Shown: positions 23,399 through 34,300 of the stretch, one piece after another | How positions within the stretch are numbered: the first letter of the stretch is position 1 | Layout: each line of letters begins with the position of its first letter | Made by a program: the position numbers and the translations under genes | Source: Pocillopora damicornis | Taxonomy: Eukaryota | DNA length: 58,244 nt | Assembly (NCBI RefSeq): GCF_003704095.1 | Contig: NW_020844169.1 | Coordinates: 310,001-368,244 of the forward strand | Reading direction: 5' to 3' | The notes under the pieces: generated by a model | The model's input: the letters and a program-made list of their open reading frames with translations, nothing else | Database searches by the model: none | What the model was told of the DNA's origin: nothing

Positions 23399-25075
23399 AT
23401 GGACGAGGAGAGTACGGAAATGAACACGATTTCGGTGACTGCGCTCCCGTGTTCTAGCACAGCTCCATCGGCGACTACTGTGATAAAAGAACCAGAGTTA
23501 GTAACAATCCTCGAGGACATGCCTTTGACAAACGAACAGATCGAAGAAGAGCAAGATCTATTGGAAGAAGCCGAGGATGAGTTCGAGCCGAATGAAAACA
23601 CTCCACTCATTCGATCGCACGAAACTCTAGAAAAGAGTGACTCAAGTTTCTTCACACACAACAGCAAAAGTTTCACGACAACTTTCACAACGAGTCAGGC
23701 ATCCTTATTCATCCCTTCGTTCCAGTTTTCGTTGTATTCTAGCATAGTATCAATCTCGCGGTCTCTAAATCAACGATCTGTGGCCCTCACGATTGACGAC
23801 AGAAGTAGCCAAGACTCGAAATCGAAATCAACAACCTTGTTAGAGAAGTTGTCAGAAGATGGCCAAGCAACGACCATGCTTGCGCTATGGAACATGATTA
23901 ACATGATCTTTGTTAGCACTAGTGTTCTAGCTATGCCCTATGCGATCTTCCTGGGAGGATTCGCAGCTCTGTTCCTAATTTTATTCATTGGATTTCTGAC
24001 TGACATCACTTCAGTTCTTCTTGTTGGCTGCCTTTACGAAATCTCACCGAAAAGCCGGCTTCGCAAACGAGTCCGAGCGAGTTATGCCGAGATTGCAGCG
24101 CACGTTTGGGGACCAGTGGGTGGGTGGATAGTTGATTTCGTAACCGTGAGCTTGTCATACTGCAGCTGTGTTCTGATGGTGATGGTTCTCGGCAGTAGCT
24201 TCATGGAACTGTTCAAGGAACTGTTCATGTTAAACTTAAAGGAATGGTGCTTGATCTGTGCACTGGCCATGTTACCCACAGTTTTCATCAAAAGACTGTC
24301 CATTCTTGCCTGGCTAAGTATGCTAGCTGTAGTAGCAGTGTTTATTATTGCCTTTATTCTGTTAGGTTTTACTCTGGGGGATTCGAACTCTTGGACATTA
24401 GACAAAATTCCTTCCTTTAACATTAACACTTTTCCAGTTAGTTTAGGAATTATTATGTTTTCATACTGTGGCCATACAGTATTTCCTGGAATAGAGGGCT
24501 CCATGCAGAAACCCATGAAATATAAAAGTGTCACGCATCGGGCATTTATCTCCGTCACGGCAGTGAAATTTTTAGTTGGGCTTTTCTGCTGCCTCACATT
24601 TGGTAGCAACACCAAGTCAATTGTGATCATAAATCTCAGTTTGTCATATGGCTCAATTCTTAGCAAAATAGCAACAGTGTTGGTTATCATAAATATTTAC
24701 TTTTCATACCCTCTTAATATGTTTGTTGTAAGTGGAACATTAGATATAATTCTTTTGCCAAAGTTTCCCCTCTGCTACAATCACAAGCGTTACAATTATT
24801 TGTGGATTCTCTTCACTCGCACTTTCCTGGTCCTCTCAACACTTGGTATTGCTGTAGCTGTACCCCATTTTGGGCTGCTGATGAGTATATTTGGAAGCTT
24901 GTTTGGAGCTTGTATCACCATGATTTTCCCTTGCCTATTCCATTTGCAGCTTAAATGGAACAAGTTAACTTGGTATAAGAAATTTTGTGAGATGCTTATA
25001 GTGTTATTTGGGATAGTTGCAGGCACATTAGGTTTGAGTTATTCCTCTATTGCCCTGAAGAATGCCTTGCACTAA
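23399..25075 (+). CDS. Divergent VIAAT/SLC32-like transporter, copy 5 (558 aa, long acidic N-tail, intronless CDS)
   Basis: Aligns with copy 4 (CLYEISPKSRLRKRVRASY, FSYCGHTVFPGIEGSM, VPHFGLLM), but TM1 reads ALWNMINMIFVSTSVLAMPYA. Confidence 0.88.
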   Translation: MDEESTEMNTISVTALPCSSTAPSATTVIKEPELVTILEDMPLTNEQIEEEQDLLEEAEDEFEPNENTPLIRSHETLEKSDSSFFTHNSKSFTTTFTTSQASLFIPSFQFSLYSSIVSISRSLNQRSVALTIDDRSSQDSKSKSTTLLEKLSEDGQATTMLALWNMINMIFVSTSVLAMPYAIFLGGFAALFLILFIGFLTDITSVLLVGCLYEISPKSRLRKRVRASYAEIAAHVWGPVGGWIVDFVTVSLSYCSCVLMVMVLGSSFMELFKELFMLNLKEWCLICALAMLPTVFIKRLSILAWLSMLAVVAVFIIAFILLGFTLGDSNSWTLDKIPSFNINTFPVSLGIIMFSYCGHTVFPGIEGSMQKPMKYKSVTHRAFISVTAVKFLVGLFCCLTFGSNTKSIVIINLSLSYGSILSKIATVLVIINIYFSYPLNMFVVSGTLDIILLPKFPLCYNHKRYNYLWILFTRTFLVLSTLGIAVAVPHFGLLMSIFGSLFGACITMIFPCLFHLQLKWNKLTWYKKFCEMLIVLFGIVAGTLGLSYSSIALKNALH

Positions 25076-25509
25076 TTTGTACTAGAAATTGTTCAATATT
25101 GTATTACAGGAGCATAACTCCCCAGGAGCCTTTCTTACCCTCTCCTTTCCCCCCCCCCCCCCCCAACCTTTATGAGTTCATTTTTCTTCATAGTCAACAA
25201 TGTACAAAGTTAGTGGAGGGAGGATACAGGATGTGTTTGGCATCTTGTGCAGGAGGTAGATCATAGGATTTGGTATCACTTCAGGCACTCATTTGAAATG
25301 TTGATATTCAGCTCTAGTACAGGTATTGGATGGAAAGCCACTTTGTTTTTGGCTCATGTAACATACAGCCATCTTACTTTGCTGCAGGTTTCAGCATCTG
25401 AATCATTGGAATAATTTTTATAATAAAAAAATTTTGTAAAGCATATTATTTTTGTTTCATAGATAAGTAATATGTACACAACTGAGGAATATTATGTTAG
25501 AATATGTGA

Positions 25510-25815
25510 TAATCAACAACTACTTCACTTAAGTGGAGGTGGCTCGTGGTGGATATTTACCAGGCCACAAAGTGGTGAGGTAAATATCTACTGCTAGCAA
25601 CTGACAATGAGGTGAATATATATAATTGTTTTATAGTATATACTAAAACAGTGAGATACTATAGCACAAAGAGATGATTTCCACTCATTTATCTAGGCAA
25701 CGATAACAATATATAAAGGTGCAGGTCCAGTGTGAGTTGCTTGGAGGTAAATTGCAAAGGACATTTGAAGTTAGAGCAGCCTTAAATGCTATCCACTGTT
25801 TTAGTATATACTAAT
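25510..25815. repeat. Dispersed repeat with internal hairpins
   Basis: GGATATTTACC...GGTAAATATC hairpin; TAGTATATACTAAAACAGTG and CACTGTTTTAGTATATACTA inverted arms. Confidence 0.45.
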
Positions 25816-26119
25816 ACAGTTTATCAATCAGATGAACACAGTTTTTCAAAATACATAGGTCTCCTCAGTTAAATAATATTATATTACTGATAACATTTTT
25901 TGAAAGCGTCAGAACATGAAAAGATGTACAATATATGCAAGCTCGATATTTATATAAGACTTGCACATGAACTGGACTAACATTTATTATAAGAAAATGT
26001 ATTAGAGGCAAGCTACAATATATAATTTTTTTTTGGCATATAAAAATTTACATGAAGAATAAAAAGTATTCGTTCTTTATCATAATACATGGCCTTTCTT
26101 CCTTAATCAATGCAATGTA

Positions 26120-26959
26120 CAGTCAAACCTGTAATGATTTTTTTAAGCAGCACTGTATTAAGAGGTCACATTTAATAAGCAGTCAGTTTTCAGTCCCCAA
26201 TTTTTTCCCCTTTAGCCTTTAGTCCTTAAGAGTGACTGGCATCTAATTTCTCCTCACTATACCACCTCTGAATCAAACATGAAAGTCATGAAAATAAATG
26301 AGATGATCACCTACTAAAGCAGCTCTTGACTGTTCAACAAATTCTCCTTATCAGCCTCTTTGCAAATGTTTTGAGGACAGTATGGAGAATATGCATACTG
26401 ATGTTAGGGTGTAAAGGGTTAAGTCATTATAATTTTTCACCTCTGTTAAGTGGTCACCTCTATTTAGCAGCCATGGTGACCCTTAACTGTGTGTATTTCC
26501 CTTTTCCTGTATTGAAAGGTCACAGATCTACTCAAATAGAACTAAGAAAAATCTTTCAAGTAAAACTGAATCTGTGTTTATTGCCAAAAATCAATTTACG
26601 AGTATTTTTGAGAAGTTTTTGTACATTTAGGGGAGGAAATAACACCCTTTTTCTTTTTTCATGATACCTACTTCTGTGGAACCTGTCTTCAAGGGTCAAC
26701 CTGTATCAACCCTTTAACCCTTAAGAGTGACTGGCATCTGATCTCTCCTTACCATATCACCCTGAATCAAACATTAAGGTCAGGAGAATAAAGGAGCTGA
26801 TCACCCACTAGAAAAGATCTTGATTGTTAGACAATTCTCAATGTCAGCATCTCAGGAAATGTTTAGAGAACAGTATGGAGAATATGATTTTAAGGTGTTA
26901 AGGGTTAAGCCGTCACCCCACCATTCCAGGTGGGTGACCACTTAATACAAGTCCAACTG
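26120..26959. mobile_element. Tc1/pogo-like non-autonomous element hosting two nested TTAA MITEs
   Basis: TA|CAGTCAAACCTGTA...TACAAGTCCAACTG|TA (TA duplication); repeated TAAG(C/T)GGTCAC-like motifs; nested subfamily A MITEs at 26211-26422 and 26707-26908. Confidence 0.6.
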
Positions 26960-28381
26960 TACTTCTGATTTGGTGGCTCCTTTTGTTCCCTCTTGTACTT
27001 GATAATTTTCAATCGCCTTCTTTCCACATTAGCCATAAACCCACCTGAGGAGCCCAGTCATTCACTTCTTGATCTCAGTATCGTTAACCCCTTTTTGGCT
27101 ATCATAAATTTCATTTAATGAATAGAGGGAAAACACATCAAACTGTGGTAATTAACAACAAAAAAGTGGCACTCGAGGAGCAGCTGAGTGTGTCACTGAT
27201 GTTCTGGCCACATTTTGATGTTGTATGTTTTTCATTACTGTACGGACCCAAGGCAACATTTAATCTGTCTATTTCATATGATAAAAAGAAAAATTTTGTT
27301 AATGTTTATGTCATTTGTACTTAGTTAAACCCTTGGGACAAGGTTCAATTCAAACCCACTCCCTTTTCTCTCCCAATTTTTAAAACTTTTCACACCCAAC
27401 ATCCAAATACAAATCCTTTGCATTGTCTGCCTGACATTTTGTATTATGTTGACTCTCAGTGTTAAATAAACAATACTGCCTTTTTGTTTACTTTCTCACT
27501 TCTCATTAAATGTTTGCTTGATAATGTAATGATTTTGTATAGTGAATTTCTTTCTTGATTATTCACACAGGTGAAGGGGCAAATTACCTTTTAGCAATTG
27601 AAACTGTTTAACTGATTATGCAACCTACCATTGATAGACTGGTTTCAACATAGTCCAAACACAGTCATCAATTCAAGGTGATTCTTCTTTTTTATTTTTC
27701 TCAGAAAAATCATTTTCTAACTCTCTACCACAGACACTCAGTATTCTCCTCTTTTCTGGATTTTCCATGGTGTGCTTGAACCTTAACCAACTAAAAAAGA
27801 GGTCAATTTTTGTGTTATTATAGAATGCTAGGAGACCACAAGTGCTGTGTCTTATTGTCATTCACAAGTGTTTATTAAATAGCTTTGAAACATATGGAAA
27901 AAATTCAAACTTAAGTCAAATTCTCAAATAGTGAAATACTAAACAATAAAGTTACATCGGCACAGTAAGTGAATAGTAGCTAAGTCTGAGAATCATCTAT
28001 TCGCTAATACAAAAATCATCAAACAGTGGATAGCGAGCAGTAGCCTCTGGTAAATAGGGAACTAAGATGGAAGATAGTAAAACTACTTGACAACATTCAA
28101 CATTTGAACATGAAAATTAGGCCATAAATTGTCCTCCTAAACAAAAACACTTCAGAAAATTTGTAAAATTGAAAATTGTAAAAAGACACATTTAAAAGAA
28201 AGAAACTGTTCAACACACTCAAGGTACGTGTAAATTACTGAATCAGAATGACTTGTTGGAAATGGCTCTCATTCTTTGGCAACTAATTTTGCAATTGTCG
28301 TTAAACATTAGCACATTAAAAAGGAGAACATAAGACTACTGGAACTCCTACAATTTAGCTCTGGTTTCAAAATTTTTTTGG

Positions 28382-31300
28382 TCAATGCTTCTTTTTGTTG
28401 TCCACCATATTGCCATCTGTATGGTTTGCGTCAGGCCTCTCATCCTCTGGACCTGACAGTTCATCATCACTACGTGTGTCTTTTTCCACCTAACAAAATT
28501 AAGAAAGCAAGAATAAGGAAAGAAAAGAAAACTTTACTGACTTGTACACTGCAAGGCAAACATACGTTGTCATGCCACATCCTTATTTCTTACACCTACA
28601 AATTTGAATCAATAACAAAAAGAAAACTAATAGGGCATCCACGATCAAGAACCACAACCACAAAAATTCGAATGGTATTCTCCTTCAACTGGCCTCACTA
28701 GAGGCAACTAGAATATTTTTGGGCCTATCCCTCTCTCCCTTTGGCCTGATTCAGTTTGGCCCATCCTCAATTCCCTTGGAAGTTATGATCTTCATTGACA
28801 TCAACCCCCACCCCCCTCCACCCTGACTTGGCACAAAAAGATTTATTACTCACCGTTCCCTTAATCAAAAACTGCATGGCCACCTCAGCAACTTTATATG
28901 ACCAAATAACATGTAGAACCTGAACATAGTGATCAAAATAAAAAGACAAAAGAACTTTTAGAGTGACAACAATTTGAAGGGTTGTTGCATGTATCACATA
29001 TTGAGATCTCAAGGAAGGTTTAAGTAGGTAACTCATGCTCATTTTCACACAGAATTTTCTCAAAATTTATACAGAATACATAATATTCTAAATTATCCTG
29101 CTGGCTTAAAAGAGCTGAAACCATTCTGCCAACCTTTTGGTTATCTGGGGCAAGCAGATTGTTGAACTAAACAAGTAACTTTCTTTGCTTACTTCACCAT
29201 TTGGCAAAACTCATACATGGCATGGTTCAATTAATTTTAAAAGCACAAATTGGAGTTCACATTGCTCGAGCCCTGGGCCAGGTCACAAGTTTAGCTGTCA
29301 AACTTCTCACTTGGGGCATGTAAACAATGGATTTAGCAGTACCTGCAGACATGACAACAAACCAAAGAACCATGACCATGCTTTAAAAGGACCCACATAC
29401 TCTTGACAGTGGTATACAACATGCAAAACCCTGTTTGAGTAAAGAAATACATTTGTGTTGTAAAATGTTGGGGTCAATTTTTAAATAAAATACCTACGCT
29501 GTCTGTCAGTCATTTGGCAAGTCCCTAGTTTGTTTAGTCAGTCAGATGGTTTGTCAATCAATCAGTGAGTCATGAAAATCATTCAGCAATTAATTTAGTC
29601 AAATGCACAGTCCATCATTGTGGGTTAATGTGGTCTCTCAATGTCGGAATCCTTCAACTCCTGAACAATTCTCCCCTTTCCAGCAATACATTACCTTTGC
29701 CTATTTTTTATTCTAATAATAAACACCCTTTACTTGATAAGTTTGTCTTTTCCTATCACCTCTCCACCATTACAATTGTAAGGGGACAGCAAACTTACCA
29801 GAATGGATAATAAACCAGCCTTGTAACATTGAATATCACAGCAAATAACACAAATATTAAGTTAGTTGTAGCTTCCCACTTGGCGTAATTAAACACTTTT
29901 GCTGACTGCAACAAAAACAAAAAAAAAACCCAGAATCAACAGTCACAGAATAAAATCTTTCAAACCAAAACCAATAACCCCTAACCCCCAAGATCTGATT
30001 GTTAGTTCTCACCTCTAGCTGCTACAAATTTCTTTGCAAATTAGTAAAGAGAAATTTGTGTTGGATCAAGATATCAATTTCTACCTGATATGTTTGAGTA
30101 TTCTCATTACCTGTTTGCCAGATAATTCACAGATATTATAGGGAGTGGTTACATGTTAATCACTTATAGGAGTTGAAGGGTTAAAGGAGAGTTATGCTCC
30201 AGATAATGATCATTATTATAGCGGAGCTCGCAGAGCATATCCTCATAATCATACAAAATAGTAGTAACCCAATCAAGCCGAAAAAATTTGGATGTACAAT
30301 TGTATGACTGTATGACCTTACAACTCTACAACCGTATGACCATACAAGGTGCTACTTTTAACATGCTTGGTCAACTGTACCACGGCACGCCAATGCCACG
30401 GCTTTGTCCAGTAGTCCAGTGGTCAGTGCACTGGGCTCCAAGACAGACGACCCGGGTTCTAGTCCTGGCCAGGGCAAGGCGTTGTGCAAGCTCCACTCTT
30501 AGGCTTGGCTAAATCTATATATTACATTCAACTCACTATCTCTTTTCTGATTGGCTGCAAGTCGACAGTGAATTTTCAAAATCAGCACCTAGGACGTCAT
30601 CTAGCTGCAGATTATATAATAATCACACCAAGGGCACTTAAGGTCATGGGTAATCATGTCATGTATGACCAGGATACATGATTTCTAAGGGTAATCATGT
30701 TGAGGTCATGCGCATTGTGTTGCTAACTGATTTGTATATTTTTACACATTAGGAAATTAATTACCTGTTCTTCTTACTGTCATGTTCATTTTTTTTGCTC
30801 AATGTATAACAAAACAATTATAAGATTTAGTTTTTGTGATATCCAGAAAAATCAAGGCCTTGGTAAGGGTTATCAGCCTCAGCCTCAGCCTTCCACTAAA
30901 GCTGATAACCCCTGCCTCAACCTTGATTATTCTGGATATCACAAAACCCTCATCCACTTATTGTTCATTAATAATGATATTTATTACTAACAACAATGAT
31001 TTTCTGTAGTAATTGTTAGTCAGAGCAGTCATTTGTGCACTTTTCTTGCTTCAATTTGTTCTGCCATTTGGCAAGTTTGACTAGTGTGCTAAGTTGTTTT
31101 ACAAATGCAAACTTGCATTTCAGTGATAGAGATAAAAGTTATATATGGTTTGTTCATCCCTTTACACCCTAACATCAGTATACATATTCTCCATACTGTT
31201 CTCCATACATTTCCTAAGGTGCTGACAAGGAGAATTTGTTGAACAATCAAGAGCTTCTTTAGTTGGTGATCATTTCCTTTATTCTTGTGACCTTAACGTG

Positions 31301-34300
31301 ATTCAAGGGTGATATTGTGAGGAAAATATTAGATGCTAGTCGCTCTTAGGGGGCAAAGGGTTATCATACTCCTCCACAAAATTTAAAATGAAAATGTCAG
31401 TAAGTTTTTGGTTGAAATGCTAAAAAAAGTGAAAAAAAGGCTTTTAATAATATTCCTCTCCCTCCTTATTTAGCATGAAGACTCACCTCCAGAAAAATAT
31501 CAGCCAAGTCATGCAAAAGCATTATCACGCTACCGATACGAAAGAAACCACTTGAGTATGAACATACTGTCAACATGATTGTAACTACATGGTGGATAGC
31601 CATTTGCCAAAAATCCTGAAAACAGAAAATTTTGGTTTGATTTTAAACAAAAATTAGGCATTTTTCTAATTATTTTGAATATGGAGACATTGCATCAGGG
31701 AACAGAAATAATGACTCCCTGATCTTCATCTAATTACCCTTAAACTTATCTCTTGACTTAATTAAGTTTCCTTTACCTGGTATTTAAAAAAGTAATCAAT
31801 CAATTAGAAAAACTTTTTTGGGTGACTTAGATTTCTTAATTAAATCTTATCATAAGTTACTCAATCCATCAGTAAATGAGTTCCTCCCATGTGCTCCTAT
31901 AACAGAAAGTTAAAAATTAAGAATGATAATTTTCAGAATACCACTTTGATCAGTACCAACTTCAGAGCTGCCCTCTTTTTTGTGTGCAAGTTACAACTTC
32001 ATACTTTGATGATGGAATCAATTTTCATCTCCATTTATGGCTAATAGAATCCACATTATAAACTGATTTGTAGTTTGAAGATTTTGGAGTTAGCAGAATG
32101 AAGCAATCATTAGCCTTGTACACTTGTGCATGCTTTGCTGATGACATGTTATCAACAACATGTGTTTGTGGCACAGGTTGCATGTAATTATACAACAAAA
32201 TATCAAAAGCTTCTTTGACGACTTTCCTTTCACTCAAAAGGGAACAGTTTTCTTGTATCTCTGTCACAAAGCACATTGTTTTGCATTTAATTTTTTCTAG
32301 TTTCAGCCTTAATTTAGAAGGAAATGAACAACAACAAGAAACAAAAGTCATAATGAATGAACCACTGCTTCCTTAGGCCACCAGTATATCAAAAAATACT
32401 TCATTCTTGGAAATGCAAATTAAGATAAAAATGTGGTGCTGTTAACTTCAAATAGTAAGTTTAATGATAAATTTGTGATCAGAAAACATAAAAGTTACAA
32501 ACCTTTCTTTTGACATCCACAAAAAATGAAACGAGAAGGGACATGTAGAAGGCTATTTCAACCACATAATAGAAAAATATTGCATCTGTAAGAGGCTGGA
32601 AAAAAAAGAGAGAAACCAGGAGTCAGTTGGAGACAACATGGATGAATCTACATGGTTAATAACTATCTCAAATTTACAAATGAATGAATGAATGATTTTC
32701 AAGTAGTTTTGCGTTACTAAAGTAATGCATCTGGAGAATATGATAATACAGAATAAACTAGTTGAAACTCAATGCGACCAACAATTAATTTGTTTACTGT
32801 AACACATGCACTGCTATACAAATTATGTTCTAGTTATGAGTTGTGCTGACAGATTTTCAAAAATATTTCATTTGCTATGGGACAAAGAAGTGATAATGTT
32901 CCCTTCATTTAATCACCCATTTTTTTCCAAATATTTCCAATCTTACTTTACAGTTCTTTTGTACAATACATAAAATGTCTAACCTGTTCTCCAAAACCAA
33001 CAAAACAGAGTCGCAGATCCCAAAGCCAAGGTTCCTGAAAATTTGAACATCTCAAAACTTTTTATTAATGCCACAACCTAATTATCTTCGGTTTTTTTTT
33101 CTTAAAATATCATCCAGGTCACCTCTGAAAAAATCTTGAAATGGTTATTTTTTCAAAAAAAAAATTAAGCTTCTATTAGAGAATGAGTTGCTCAAATATG
33201 TTGAAAACCATATGTTAAAATAAAATTACCTTGTATAATATAACTATCCCATAAATGGATGTCGCCAAATAGAACAAAAATCTCCAACTACAAAATAAAT
33301 GAAAAGATGAAAGAGTGTGCTGCCTAAAACAAGAATACATTTGACAGTCAGCCAGCCACTGATAGTCCTGGAATAGAACTAACCCAGAGGTTAACTTTAA
33401 TCAAGGTTTGGTTATTCTTTTGCTCAAAAGCCTTCTGTCAGAAAATTTTCTGTATTCTTTTTAAGGCATCTAATCATTAAATTGCAGACAAAGAGAATTA
33501 TACTGAATTTTTTTCAAGCTTTCAGATCTTCACACTAATCCTGGGTTATCCTAACCAAGCTTTGAACAACCCAGCCCTGGGTGGAAAGAGACACTGTGTG
33601 AATTAAGTATCAAGCCAAGGAACACAACACAATAGCTCAATCAGGTCTTGAGCTTAGACACCTCAAGTTCAGAGCACTAACTGTCATGCTACCATAGTCA
33701 CTAGATTTTGTAGCTTTAAGATTTTAAACCACTATTCTAAAACTCTAAGAGCACCTGTATAGTTTTGCTGTCTACATCCTGCAGATTCATAGAGATCACA
33801 ACTTCAAGTCCTGTCTCAGCCATGAATTCTTTGATTTAAAGTTTATTTTGGTCCAAAACAACAGTTCCCAGACTCATGGCACAACTAAGAAATAAAATGA
33901 CAGAGATCAAAATATTACACACCTGCTTTCAGTAGCCTTCCTCATAATGGATGGTTTTGATTGCTGTCGGCGATTTTTGAACCATCTTTTCACTTCACGT
34001 GGAGTCCAGCCAAGTTGTTTTGACAGTCCCTCTACTCGTTCAGCGTTAGGGCATTTGCTGATTGTTTGGTAAACCTTCTCACAAAATGTATTTTCTACAA
34101 AAACTATAGGTTCTTCTGTTACACCAAGGTAGCCTGCCAAAGGTGTTGCAATGAATCTAAAGAGCAGAGAAGGAAACCCAGCAATAAGGAAATCAGATGA
34201 AGAGAAAACAGGAACTGGTTCAAATAAAGTAATGTTTGTTCATTGGATAAATGAACCAACCTTCTGATGAAAGTGAAGACAAAGAATTTTTATGCATGAG

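Noticed and set aside
24082-24690. 202-aa antisense ORF inside transporter copy 5, and similar short antisense ORFs in copies 1-4
   Set aside because: Typical shadow ORFs opposite hydrophobic coding sequence; no recognisable motifs.
26326-26664. Short ORF-track entries such as 1860-2051, 10488-10847, 15923-16147, 26326-26664 and 49818-50103
   Set aside because: They overlap MITEs or AT-rich spacers, often start at non-ATG codons and show no protein-like features.
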